From an uncultured Planctomycetia bacterium (GTDB lineage Bacteria; Omnitrophota; Gorgyraeia; JABMRN01; RBG-13-46-9): DNA of 64,000 nucleotides. The position numbers and the translations under genes are program-made. Below, piece after piece: positions 51,500-61,416 of this stretch. Below the pieces are notes generated by a model. The model did no database searches. It was given only the letters and a program-made list of their open reading frames with translations, and was not told the origin of the DNA. Location of the stretch: assembly GCA_964649665.1 (NCBI GenBank), contig CAZYPU010000002.1:5855-69854 (forward strand), read 5' to 3'. Within the stretch, counting starts at the first letter, position 1. Every line of letters begins with the position of its first letter.

Positions 51500-52939
51500 A
51501 TGCTCGTCAAAGACGACCCGCAAAGTTTTCGGTCCTATCTCGAAGATTCTTCAAATCTGAAAGGCGGCCACGCGGATAAAGTAATTATCCCGCAAAGCGC
51601 CGCGGAAATCCCCTCAATACTAAAAGAAGCAAACTCAAGGAAAATACCCGTTACGATCTCAGGCGCCGGTACGGGCCAGGCGGGCGGAAGGATTCCTTTC
51701 GGGGGACTGGTCCTATCCACAGAAAAACTGGACGGGATAAAAGAAATCGTAAAATCGAATGAAGGCGGCTACGTCATAGCCGAGCCGGGCGTTTTAATTG
51801 GGGATTTGAAGGGCGCTTGTGAAAAAGAGGGTCTCTTTTACACGTACGACCCGACAGAGCAGACAGCGTTTATAGGGGGCACAATAGCGACGAACGCCTC
51901 CGGCGCAAGGTCTTTCCGGTACGGTCCCACGAGAAAATATGTCCGGCGCCTCACGGTTATTTTAGCGGACGGGTCCTGCCTTTCCCTGAGGAGGGGGGAC
52001 GTTAGGGCAAAACGGCGGGTAATGGAATTTGAATCGGGCGGAAAGCATTACAGGATCAACCTGCCGTCTTATAAAATGCCCGAGACAAAAAATTCAGCCG
52101 GGTATTATGCGGAAGACAACATGGACCTTGTGGATCTTTTCGTGGGGCAGGAGGGCACGCTCGGCGTCATAACGGAGGCGCGCCTTGGGCTGCTCGGGAA
52201 ACCGCCCGCGCTTTTCAGTTGTTTCGCGTTTTTCTCCGACAGGCAGGATGCATGGGATTTTGCCCATAGCGCGCGAGCCGCCGCGCCGGTCTCAATCGAA
52301 TACTTTGACGGAAATTGCCTGGAGCTTTTACGTACGAAATACGCGAATGTGCCCGGCGCCTCGGTTGCGGCCGTATTCTTCGAGGATGAAATAATCGAAG
52401 GCGAGGACGCGGTATTGGCGAAGTGGGAGAAACTTTTGTCAAAGCACGGCACATCGCCGGACAGTACCTGGGTCGCCATGAGCGAAAAAGGCCGCCGCGA
52501 ATTTTTGGAAAAGAGGCGCTTTATTCCGGAACAGATGAGTGAGATGGCGAAGCGCTCGGGATTTCCCAAAGTGAGCACGGACCTTGCCGTTAGGCGCGCT
52601 AAAAATGAGATTATGCTGCGGTTCTACGACGACAAACTTAAAAAAAGCGGTCTCCGATTTTTCATATTTGGCCACATAGGTAATGCGCACCTGCACGTAA
52701 ATATGCTTCCTTCCGGCAGGGCCGATTACGAGAAAGCCGGGAAACTCCGGCTCGAATTCGTAAAAAAATCCATTTCGTTGGGGGGAACGGTTTCGGCGGA
52801 ACACGGTATCGGCAAGTCAAAACGCGGATTTCTTAAGTTGCTATACGGCGAAAAGGGCGTCCGGGAAATGCTGGAGGTAAAAAAAGCGCTTGATCCAAAT
52901 TTGATTCTGGGAAGGGGCAATATCTTTGAGGTGCGCTAA
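51500..52939 (+). CDS. FAD-linked oxidase (GlcD / D-lactate dehydrogenase-like)
   Basis: FAD_binding_4-type N-terminal half (PVTISGAGTGQAGG, IGGTIATNASG) and C-terminal EHGIGKSK motif. Confidence 0.8.
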   Translation: MLVKDDPQSFRSYLEDSSNLKGGHADKVIIPQSAAEIPSILKEANSRKIPVTISGAGTGQAGGRIPFGGLVLSTEKLDGIKEIVKSNEGGYVIAEPGVLIGDLKGACEKEGLFYTYDPTEQTAFIGGTIATNASGARSFRYGPTRKYVRRLTVILADGSCLSLRRGDVRAKRRVMEFESGGKHYRINLPSYKMPETKNSAGYYAEDNMDLVDLFVGQEGTLGVITEARLGLLGKPPALFSCFAFFSDRQDAWDFAHSARAAAPVSIEYFDGNCLELLRTKYANVPGASVAAVFFEDEIIEGEDAVLAKWEKLLSKHGTSPDSTWVAMSEKGRREFLEKRRFIPEQMSEMAKRSGFPKVSTDLAVRRAKNEIMLRFYDDKLKKSGLRFFIFGHIGNAHLHVNMLPSGRADYEKAGKLRLEFVKKSISLGGTVSAEHGIGKSKRGFLKLLYGEKGVREMLEVKKALDPNLILGRGNIFEVR

Positions 52940-53077
52940 ATGACCGCCATCTGTCAGCGGGTGCCAGCTGCCGAAACGATTACACGCGTAACGCCAAAAG
53001 AGTTTTTGCGCTATAGGTAAGAAAACATATGGGTAAAATAACTGTGTTATATGACAATATTGAAGGTGATAAACGGT

Positions 53078-53893
53078 TCACTCAGTGTATTCCACATTCT
53101 TAAGCGTTGCTGTAACCTCGCCGATCCAGGGTATTTCCAGGACCTTAAGTACCATAAAGAGGCCGAGGCGCCTTTTATCGGCTGAGATATAGCCGCGCGC
53201 CGTTGCCCTTTTTTGCCTTTTTCCTTTAAGCTTGATATAGGGCTCAACGAGGAAGGCGCTGAAGTCCCCCAGTCCGGAAAGCCCTACATTGGCCATCTTC
53301 ACGATGTTGGCGACTATTTCATAGTTGTTCTCGCATAGATTTACGGCTATTTTCACCCTATCGCCGGCTTCTAGCGGTATCGTCCTGAAGAAATAAGCCG
53401 CGCATACCGGATCGCGGACGTTTCTTAGCGTAGGGCAGGTCTTCACACTGCCGTCGGTAAGGTTTCGGTATATCGCCAGATTTTTTTTGTCATCGTAATC
53501 CACAACAAGATTTTTTCTGTAGCTGCCCTCCCTTATCACGGCTTCGTACCGGCGACTTATCAGGTTATTCTTATCCATATAACTCGTAAAGGTGTCCTCG
53601 ACCTTGAAGAGTTTCGAAAGGAATTTGTTGGTCCGCGCCCGGATAACTATTTTATAGACCTCGTGGCCGTTAAGAGTGGTGAGCTCCTCCAGGGTCACGG
53701 TAGCGGTGCCCACGGGGATTCTTTTCCACGCGGCGAGATAGGTGAATCTTTCGCCGACTGTGAAGAGAGAAGCGGGCTTGACGATTTCCTGCGAAACCGG
53801 CAGGCACGCTTCTCTATGGCGTATCCTGGCCGTCCTTGCGCATCCGGCAGTGAAAATAGCCAACACCAATATTGCGAATATCCGCTTTTTCAT
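53078..53893 (-). CDS. lipoprotein, DUF3108-like
   Basis: Lipobox start MKKRIFAILVLAIFTAGC at 53893 (the track start at 53977 is further upstream). GERFTY...W..IPVG and YKIVIRARTN patterns resemble DUF3108. Confidence 0.65.
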   Translation of the reverse strand: MKKRIFAILVLAIFTAGCARTARIRHREACLPVSQEIVKPASLFTVGERFTYLAAWKRIPVGTATVTLEELTTLNGHEVYKIVIRARTNKFLSKLFKVEDTFTSYMDKNNLISRRYEAVIREGSYRKNLVVDYDDKKNLAIYRNLTDGSVKTCPTLRNVRDPVCAAYFFRTIPLEAGDRVKIAVNLCENNYEIVANIVKMANVGLSGLGDFSAFLVEPYIKLKGKRQKRATARGYISADKRRLGLFMVLKVLEIPWIGEVTATLKNVEYTE

Positions 53894-53970
53894 TGCGCTA
53901 TATCTTACCTGATAAACGCGCTGTTGTAAACTAGAAAAAAACGGGAAAACGGGAAAAAAACGGGACCCCC

Positions 53971-53999
53971 TTGACAAAGGGCAGTTTATGCCCTATAAT
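53971..53999 (+). promoter_or_regulatory. consensus sigma70 promoter (TTGACA-17-TATAAT) for bcd-etfBA
   Basis: Exact consensus hexamers. AAGGAGG SD precedes the ATG at 54039. Confidence 0.6.
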
Positions 54000-54038
54000 T
54001 ACGGGTCTATATTAACACAGGCGACAAGGAGGTAAAAA

Positions 54039-55190
54039 ATGGATGTTCTGTTTACCGAAGAACAGAAGATGATACGGGATTTGTGCCGCCAGATTGCGCG
54101 GGAGAAAATAAAACCCGTAGCGGCCGAGTACGATGAAAAGGAAGAGTTCCCCTGGCCTATAGTGAAAATACTCGCTGATTCCGATATATTCGGTGTCTAC
54201 ATAGCGGAGGAATATGGCGGAATGGGGGGCGGCGTTTTTGAGATGGCCCTTGCCACCGAGGAACTTTCATGGGGCTGCGGCGGCATAGCGCTCGCTTTCG
54301 CGGCGACAGGGCTCGGGACATTTCCGATCATCCTTTTTGGAAACGACGAGCAGAAAAAGAAATACCTGCCGAAAATAGCCAAGGGGACAATAGCGGCTTT
54401 CTGTATTACCGAAGCTGAAGCCGGTTCGGACGCCGGTTCCATAAAGACCACGGCCGTAAAAAACGGCGATCATTATGTTCTTAACGGCACAAAACAGTGG
54501 ATTACAAACGGGGGAGAAGCCGATATTTATACCGTCATAGCCATGACGCATAAATCAAAGGGCGCCAGGGGAGCTTCGGCTTTTATAGTCGAAAAAGGGA
54601 CAAAAGGCCTTGAGTTCGGTAAAAAGGAAAAAAAGCTTGGCATAAGGGGTTCCGCCACCAGGGAAGTTATCTTTACCGACTGTAGGGTCCCCAAGGAAAA
54701 TCTTTTGTCGAAAGAGGGCATGGGATTTATCGTTGCAATGAAGACGTTTGATTATTCGCGCCCGGGCGTTGCCGCCCAGGCGGTCGGCATCGCGCAGAGG
54801 GCCCTCGATGAATCCGTAGAATATGCCCACCAGCGAAAACAGTTTGGACAGCTCATATCCAGCTTCCAGGGCCTGCAGTTCATGCTTGCCGACATGTCCA
54901 TACAGGTTGAAGCGTCAAGGGCAATGGTTTACCGCGCGGCCAAAATAGTCGACTCGGGAGAAAAAAATATAGCGAAACTTTCCGCCATAGCCAAAACTTT
55001 CGCCTCGGACGTGGCGATGAAAGTTACAACGGATGCCGTCCAGATTTTTGGCGGATACGGATACATGAGGGAGTATCCCGTTGAAAAACTTATGAGGGAT
55101 GCCAAGATTACGCAGATTTACGAAGGCACTAACCAGATCCAGCGCGGAGTTATCGCGGCAAGCTTGATTAAGGAGCTGAAGAAGAAATAG
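54039..55190 (+). CDS. bcd: acyl-CoA dehydrogenase (butyryl-CoA dehydrogenase-like)
   Basis: ACAD motifs (FCITEAEAGSDAGS, WITNGG, QIFGGYGYMREYPVEKLMRDAKITQIYEGTNQIQR). Confidence 0.9.
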   Translation: MDVLFTEEQKMIRDLCRQIAREKIKPVAAEYDEKEEFPWPIVKILADSDIFGVYIAEEYGGMGGGVFEMALATEELSWGCGGIALAFAATGLGTFPIILFGNDEQKKKYLPKIAKGTIAAFCITEAEAGSDAGSIKTTAVKNGDHYVLNGTKQWITNGGEADIYTVIAMTHKSKGARGASAFIVEKGTKGLEFGKKEKKLGIRGSATREVIFTDCRVPKENLLSKEGMGFIVAMKTFDYSRPGVAAQAVGIAQRALDESVEYAHQRKQFGQLISSFQGLQFMLADMSIQVEASRAMVYRAAKIVDSGEKNIAKLSAIAKTFASDVAMKVTTDAVQIFGGYGYMREYPVEKLMRDAKITQIYEGTNQIQRGVIAASLIKELKKK

Positions 55191-55212
55191 GAATGAGGCG
55201 CCTCAGAGAATC

Positions 55213-55992
55213 ATGAACGTAATTGTCTGCATAAAACAGGTTCCGAACACCACCCAGGTCCGAATAAATCCCGAGACGAATACGCTTATACGCGAAGGGG
55301 TCGAATCGATTATAAACCCCTTCGACATGTACGCCATAGAAGAGGGCATAAGGCTTAAGGAAAAGTTGGGCGGAAAACTTACGGTTATAAGCATGGGGCC
55401 GCCCCAGGCGGAAGAGGCCTTAAGGGAAGCCATTTCTATGGGATGCGACGAGGGAGCGCTTGTTACCGACAGGGCTTTCGCGGGAAGCGATACGTGGGCC
55501 ACCAGCTATGTGCTGTCGCAGGCCGTGAAAAAAATAGGCGATTTCAGCGTTATACTTTGCGGAAAACAGGCATCCGACGGCGATACGGCGCAGGTAGGCC
55601 CCGGAATTTCCACGCATCTGAATATACCCCAGGTTACGTATGTGAAGAAAATAGAATCCATTGAAGAGAAGAGGGCTCGTGTCGAAAGGATGACGGAGGA
55701 AGGGTTCGAAATAATAGAGACGCCCATCCCGTGCCTTCTAACCGTTGTAAAAGAAATCAACGAACCGCGCCTCCCGTCGCTTAAGGGCAAGATGCGGGCC
55801 AAAAAGGCGGAGATTAAAAAAATGACAGCGGAAGATTTAAGCTGTGATTTCGACAAGATAGGCCTTGACGGCTCGCCGACGCGCGTTGTGAAAATTTTTA
55901 CGCCCCCGCCGCGCAAGGGCGGGGTGATTCTTAAGGGTGATACCGGTGAAATTGTAGAGAAGCTTGTCGGGGAACTGAGGCAGGAAATTTGA
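55213..55992 (+). CDS. etfB: electron transfer flavoprotein beta subunit
   Basis: VIVCIKQVPN, NPFDMYAIEEG and ILCGKQASDGDTAQVG motifs. Confidence 0.9.
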   Translation: MNVIVCIKQVPNTTQVRINPETNTLIREGVESIINPFDMYAIEEGIRLKEKLGGKLTVISMGPPQAEEALREAISMGCDEGALVTDRAFAGSDTWATSYVLSQAVKKIGDFSVILCGKQASDGDTAQVGPGISTHLNIPQVTYVKKIESIEEKRARVERMTEEGFEIIETPIPCLLTVVKEINEPRLPSLKGKMRAKKAEIKKMTAEDLSCDFDKIGLDGSPTRVVKIFTPPPRKGGVILKGDTGEIVEKLVGELRQEI

Positions 55993-56106
55993 GACCCCAC
56001 GCCGGAGTTTATCCCAAGCGGCAGCGAAGGGGCGCGGGGAATACGCGGAGAATACTGCGGGCGCCTGCCTGCCGGCAGGCAGGTAAGCCCGCAGAGGAAC
56101 GAATAT

Positions 56107-57309
56107 ATGCCTGAAAAAAAGATAAAGATTCTGGAAGAAGTGTGTGTGGGCTGCGGCCTTTGTGTTAAGGCATGTCCGTTTGCGGCCATCAGCATGAAGG
56201 ATAAGAAGGCCGTTATTGATTATGATAAGTGCAACCTCTGCGGCGCCTGCGTTGAGCCGTGTAAATTCAACGCCATAGAGCTTGAAACCCTCGAAAAAAA
56301 ATACGATCACACCTCATACAAGGATGTCTGGGTTTTCTGCGAACAGAAAAAAGGCGCGGTCCAATCGGTAGCGTATGAACTTCTCGGTGAAGGCAGGAAG
56401 CTCGCCTCCAAGCTCGGCTGCAAATTATGCGCCGTACTTTTGGGTGAAGGCGTAAAAGATAAGGCTAAGGACCTTTTCGAAAGAGGCGCGGATATTATTT
56501 ATCTTGTAGATTCCCCGCATTTAAAATATTACCAGGACGATCCTTATTCAAAAGTACTCACAGAACTTATAAACGAATTTAAACCGGAGGCTCTTCTCTC
56601 CGGCGCTACAACAATCGGAAGAAGCCTCATAGCCAGGGTCGCCATAAAAATAAATACCGGCCTTACCGCCGACTGCACGGGGCTCGATATTGATCCCGAG
56701 AAAAGACTTCTCCTCCAGACGCGTCCGGCTTTTGGCGGAAACATAATGGCGACAATCGTAACCCCGAACCACCGGCCGCAGATGGCCACCGTAAGGCACA
56801 AGGTCATGCAGGAAGCGGCGGTTGAAAAGGGGCGAAAGGGCACGCTCATCGAAAAAGAATATAAAGACGAAACACTATCGACAAGAACCAGTCTTATCGA
56901 CATAGTCGAAGAGATGGAGGAGACGGTTAACCTCGCCGAAGCCGATATAATCGTATCAGGCGGAAGGGGAGTGGGGCGAGCGGAGAATTTCAGCATTATA
57001 CGGGAACTCGCGCTTACAATCGGCGGCGCCGTCGGCGCCTCACGAAGCGCCGTTGACGCGGATTGGATACCGTACTCCCACCAGGTAGGGCAGACAGGAA
57101 AAACCGTTTGCCCGAAAATCTACATCGCCTGCGGTATAAGCGGACAGATCCAGCATCTCATCGGCATGCAGTCCTCGAAAATCATCATAGCCATAAACAA
57201 AGATCCCGACGCGCCAATTTTCAAGGTCGCCACCTACGGCGTAGTAGGTGACCTCTTCCAGGTTGTCCCCGCCCTTACGAAAAAATTCAAGCAGGTACTC
57301 CGCAAGTAA
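56107..57309 (+). CDS. etfA: electron transfer flavoprotein alpha subunit with N-terminal 2x[4Fe-4S] ferredoxin domain
   Basis: [12 protein letters not shown] and [11 protein letters not shown] motifs in the first 60 aa, then an EtfA core ([17 protein letters not shown]). Confidence 0.9.
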   Translation: MPEKKIKILEEVCVGCGLCVKACPFAAISMKDKKAVIDYDKCNLCGACVEPCKFNAIELETLEKKYDHTSYKDVWVFCEQKKGAVQSVAYELLGEGRKLASKLGCKLCAVLLGEGVKDKAKDLFERGADIIYLVDSPHLKYYQDDPYSKVLTELINEFKPEALLSGATTIGRSLIARVAIKINTGLTADCTGLDIDPEKRLLLQTRPAFGGNIMATIVTPNHRPQMATVRHKVMQEAAVEKGRKGTLIEKEYKDETLSTRTSLIDIVEEMEETVNLAEADIIVSGGRGVGRAENFSIIRELALTIGGAVGASRSAVDADWIPYSHQVGQTGKTVCPKIYIACGISGQIQHLIGMQSSKIIIAINKDPDAPIFKVATYGVVGDLFQVVPALTKKFKQVLRK

Positions 57310-57310
57310 G

Positions 57311-57497
57311 AAGTAAACCGGGATCCTGTCCGCAGGTGTCAGCTGTCAGCGGGCGCCCTTCCGGCGAATTTTGTGGCTCGCTGCAATTGGTGTGGGGAAG
57401 CTTTCACCACTCAATTGCGACGCTCACGCACAAAATTTTTCGCCTCCAGGGCATCCCGCCGACAGCTGCCACCAAAATTTGTAATCCCGGTTTACTT
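57311..57497. repeat. family-1b nested-hairpin repeat, copy E
   Basis: AAGTAAACCGGGAT/ATCCCGGTTTACTT, CAGCTGTCAGCGGG/CCCGCCGACAGCTG and GGCGAATTTTGTG/CACAAAATTTTTCGCC nested arms. Starts 2 nt after the etfA stop. Confidence 0.7.
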
Positions 57498-57534
57498 CTT
57501 AAATGCTCCGCAAGAAGAAAGAAACTATTTGTCC

Positions 57535-57563
57535 TTGACAACTGCAACAAAATCAGGTATACT
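57535..57563 (+). promoter_or_regulatory. sigma70-like promoter (TTGACA-17-TATACT) for the HTH-smc unit
   Basis: Read directly, about 40 nt upstream of 57603. Confidence 0.5.
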
Positions 57564-57602
57564 TGCAGTGAGTTATAGAAAGATATACAAACATATATAA
57601 AG

Positions 57603-57818
57603 GTGATGTTTATGGTAGGGGAGCTTCCGAAAATCTCAAATAGAAAATATAATATCCAGGAAGTGGCGAACATGCTGGGTATATATAGAGGAACTATAAA
57701 GAACTATGAGGAGAAGGGGATATTTCCGAAGCCGCACCGGAACCCGATCAACAAATATCGCGAATATACGCCGCAGGAAATAGATATTTTAAAAAGAATT
57801 CTACTGAAAGGCAAATAG
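57603..57818 (+). CDS. small MerR-type HTH DNA-binding protein
   Basis: YNIQEVANMLGIYRGTIKNYEEKGIFPKP...YREYTPQEIDILKRI is an HTH_MerR-like pattern with no effector domain. 13 nt upstream of smc. Confidence 0.6.
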   Translation: MMFMVGELPKISNRKYNIQEVANMLGIYRGTIKNYEEKGIFPKPHRNPINKYREYTPQEIDILKRILLKGK

Positions 57819-57831
57819 TTAGGGGGGCATA

Positions 57832-60800
57832 ATGTATTTCAAGCAACTCGAGATAGTAGGTTTTAAGTCATTTCCGTTCAAGACAAAGTTAAAATTTGAG
57901 CCGGGTGTTACAGCGGTAGTCGGGCCGAACGGCTGCGGGAAATCAAATATTTCTGACGCCATACGCTGGGTTCTCGGTGAACAGTCCGCGAAATCGTTAA
58001 GGGGCTCTTCCATGGAGGACATCATATTTAACGGTACGGATTCGATAGAGCCCACAAACATGGCGGAGGTTTCGCTGACCTTATCGAACGAGAAGAAAAA
58101 CCTCCCCATAGATTACGATGAGGTTATCATAACGCGCCGCCTCTTTCGTTCCGGCGAAAGCGAATATATTCTGAACAAAACCCCCGTCCGCCTTAAAGAC
58201 ATAAACAATTTACTGATGGGCACGGGCCTCGGTGCGAGCTCTTATTCCGTCATCGAGCAGGGAAAGATCGGCCTTATATTGAGTTCCAAGCCGGAGGACC
58301 GTCGTTTTGTATTTGAGGAAGCCAGCGGCATAACAAAATACAAATCAAAGAAGAAAGAAGCGATAAGGAAGCTAGAACATACGGAAACCAATCTGGTAAG
58401 AATAAGCGATATTATAAACGAAGTTAAAAGGCAGATTAATTCGATAGAGCGCCACGCCAAAAAAGCGGAAAGATACAAAAATGATTTTGAAGCGATGAAG
58501 GATATGGACCTTAAGTTTTCCGCTTACGAACAGGGGTGCTTAAATGCCGAACTGGCCCTCAACAAGGAGCGCCTGGAGGCCGTTTGCGAAGAGGAGAAAA
58601 GCTTAAGAGGCGAATTAAGCGAAAGCCTTGGATTGATTAACGGCTACCGGGAAGAGCTGGACGCTATCATACAGGAAATGACCGAGGCGCAGCAGAATTT
58701 GTCGGAAGCGACCATTTTTGTCGAAAAGGGCACGCACAAGATTGCCCTTAACGGCGAAAGGGTTGATGACCTGAAAAATTTTAAACAGGGCCTGGTCGGG
58801 GAAATAGAAAGCCTCGAGGAAAAAGTGAAGATACAGGAAGAAGAAATAGCGAAGATAAAAGAACGCCTGGATTCCCTCTCAAAGACGCGCGGGGAAAAAG
58901 AAGGAGCCCTCGCCCAAAGCGAAGAAGCCGCGCGGAATCTTTCGTGCGAAATTGACACCCATCAAAAGGATATAAAGCTCGCTAAAACAAGCACAGTGGA
59001 TTTCCTGGCTTTCCAGACAAAAACGAAGAACGACCTCATAAAAATAGGCGCTGACCTTGTAAACAGAAAAGCGCGCCTCCGGCGTCTTCAGACGGAAAAA
59101 GAAAATGTGAGTGAGGAGAAAAAGGGCGTCGAATCGCGCCTTGAGGAAGTCATAAGGGAGCTGGATGCCTGCAAGCAAAAAACTGAAAAGACCGCCGAGG
59201 TGCTGGCAGGATTCGGGGAGAGGCTCACTCTCGGTGAACATTCGCTGGAAGAGGCAAAAAAACGCATAACCGAGTACGAAAATACCTTAAACGCCCTTAA
59301 CTCGAAAGAGGAAATCCTTAAAGAAATGATAGAGAAATTTGAAGGTTTCGAAAACGGCGTGAAAATTGTCGCGGAGGCGGCAAAAAGCGGCGCGTTAAGA
59401 GGTGTGGCCGGTATCGTTGCCGATATGATGGACCCGGAAAAGGGTTACGAGGCGGCCCTGGAGGCGGCGCTTGACGGTAAGGCGCAAGCCATAGTCGTTG
59501 AGACGCGCGGCGCGTTTCATGATGCCTTTATTTACCTTGCCGGTAAGGCCTCGGCCCGTTTTATAATTTACGGGGATATAAAAGATACCGATCTTAACGG
59601 CCGGTTCGAAAAATTTATGCGGAAAGAAAACCTTATGAGGCTGTCTTCCCTTGTGAAAGTAGGGGAGCCTTACAGGGGCCTGGCGGATTACCTCCTCGGC
59701 GATATTTATGTGGCCGAGGACGCCGAAAAGGCCTACGCGATGCTTGATAAATATAAATTCGGCGGCTTTGTGACCAAAGACGGCTTCTTCATAAAGAGAG
59801 GCTATATTTTCGGCGGCTTCACAAAAAGCGAAAACACTATTTCCATTATCGGAAGGGCGGGAAAGGTGGAGGAGATCCGTGCGGAAAAAGCCCGCATCGC
59901 CGAACGGGTAGAAGCGTTGCGCTCGGAGGCCTCCGTCAAAAAAGAGGGCATCGACGGCCTGAAACGCGAGATTGCCTCAACCGGGGATGATCTGAAAAAA
60001 GAAGAAATAGAACTTGCCGGCGCGCTATCCAAAAAAGAATCGAGAGAGGCGAACTTAAAAAAGATAAATGACGAGCTGGCGGTTATAGAGCTTGAAATAA
60101 GCGAGGTGGGGGAGTTTATCGGCGAAATTTCCCTTAAAGGAAACGATCTGAACGTCCGGCTCAACGAGAACGAAAATGAGTCCGCGAAAGTACAGGAACT
60201 TATTTCCTCTTTGCAGACGGCGGTTCAATCCAAAACGAAAGCGAAAAACGATCTGATTTTCGGAATGTCAGAATTAAAGTCGGAAATAAGCATTCTAAAG
60301 AATGGTGAATCGCAGGAGTCCAAAAACCTGGATAGGGAATCATCCGTTCTCGAAGAAAGTAAAGAACAGCGCGAAAGTAAGAAAAAACGTTCCGACGAGA
60401 CGGAAGAAAAGATAGCGGCGCTTCTTGTGGAATCGGTGTCTCTTGAGGAAGAAATCGTGCTGAGAAAAGAAGAAAAGTCCCGGCTGGATGAAAAGCTGAG
60501 CGAGATTTCAGGGAAGAGGTCGGCTGTTTCTGCAAGTTTGCGCGAGAAGGAAAAATTCGCGCGGGGAAAAGAGGAGCTTATAGAGGCTTTAAGAAATAAA
60601 ATCCGCAACCACGAAATAAAGAACAGGGAAAAAGAGCTTAAGGTCGTAAATATCACCGACAGGGTTCGTGAGGCCTACAAAACGGATATCGCGCAGGCGA
60701 ATATAGAAATACCGCAGGATGCAAATTGGGAGGAAATCAAAAACCAGATAGAGGTCTTAAAGATCAAGCTGGAAAAATTGGGAACGGTAAATCTTGTGGC

Positions 60801-61416
60801 GATCGTTGAACACAAGGAATTGAAGGAAAGGCACTCTTTTCTTACGCAGCAGCGCGAGGACCTTTTAATGGCGAAAGAATCGCTTCATAAAGTCATAATC
60901 AAGATAAACAAGACCACCAAGATCATGTTTCTGGAGACATTTGAGAAGATACGGGTCGAGTTCAAGGACTATTTCAGGATGCTTTTCGGTGGCGGCCATG
61001 CGGAACTCCTGCTTCTGGACGAGGGCGACGTACTGGAAAGCGGGATAGAAATCGTGGTAAGGCCGCCCGGCAAAAAATTGCAGAATTTGCTTCTATTGTC
61101 CGGCGGTGAAAAGGCGCTTACCGCGATAGCGCTCCTTTTCGCCATATTCAAAGTGAAGCCGAGCCCCTTCTGCATTCTTGACGAGGTTGACGCGCCGCTC
61201 GACGAAACAAACATCGGAAGGTTTGCGGGGATACTGCAGGATTTTCTGAAGATCTCGCAGTTTATCGTGATTACGCACTCAAAAAGGACCATGCAGATGG
61301 CGGATCTTCTCTACGGGATCACTATGGAGAAAAAAGGGATTTCAAAGATAGTATCGGTCAAATTTGGAGAAGACGAAAAAAGCAAACCGCCAAAGAAAGA
61401 AGAGGTTCTGGTTTAA
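57832..61416 (+). CDS. smc: chromosome segregation protein SMC
   Basis: N-terminal Walker A GPNGCGKSN, long coiled coils with a central hinge (GVAGIVADMM), C-terminal LSGGEKALTAIALLFAIF and ILDEVDAPLD. Confidence 0.95.
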   Translation: MYFKQLEIVGFKSFPFKTKLKFEPGVTAVVGPNGCGKSNISDAIRWVLGEQSAKSLRGSSMEDIIFNGTDSIEPTNMAEVSLTLSNEKKNLPIDYDEVIITRRLFRSGESEYILNKTPVRLKDINNLLMGTGLGASSYSVIEQGKIGLILSSKPEDRRFVFEEASGITKYKSKKKEAIRKLEHTETNLVRISDIINEVKRQINSIERHAKKAERYKNDFEAMKDMDLKFSAYEQGCLNAELALNKERLEAVCEEEKSLRGELSESLGLINGYREELDAIIQEMTEAQQNLSEATIFVEKGTHKIALNGERVDDLKNFKQGLVGEIESLEEKVKIQEEEIAKIKERLDSLSKTRGEKEGALAQSEEAARNLSCEIDTHQKDIKLAKTSTVDFLAFQTKTKNDLIKIGADLVNRKARLRRLQTEKENVSEEKKGVESRLEEVIRELDACKQKTEKTAEVLAGFGERLTLGEHSLEEAKKRITEYENTLNALNSKEEILKEMIEKFEGFENGVKIVAEAAKSGALRGVAGIVADMMDPEKGYEAALEAALDGKAQAIVVETRGAFHDAFIYLAGKASARFIIYGDIKDTDLNGRFEKFMRKENLMRLSSLVKVGEPYRGLADYLLGDIYVAEDAEKAYAMLDKYKFGGFVTKDGFFIKRGYIFGGFTKSENTISIIGRAGKVEEIRAEKARIAERVEALRSEASVKKEGIDGLKREIASTGDDLKKEEIELAGALSKKESREANLKKINDELAVIELEISEVGEFIGEISLKGNDLNVRLNENENESAKVQELISSLQTAVQSKTKAKNDLIFGMSELKSEISILKNGESQESKNLDRESSVLEESKEQRESKKKRSDETEEKIAALLVESVSLEEEIVLRKEEKSRLDEKLSEISGKRSAVSASLREKEKFARGKEELIEALRNKIRNHEIKNREKELKVVNITDRVREAYKTDIAQANIEIPQDANWEEIKNQIEVLKIKLEKLGTVNLVAIVEHKELKERHSFLTQQREDLLMAKESLHKVIIKINKTTKIMFLETFEKIRVEFKDYFRMLFGGGHAELLLLDEGDVLESGIEIVVRPPGKKLQNLLLLSGGEKALTAIALLFAIFKVKPSPFCILDEVDAPLDETNIGRFAGILQDFLKISQFIVITHSKRTMQMADLLYGITMEKKGISKIVSVKFGEDEKSKPPKKEEVLV

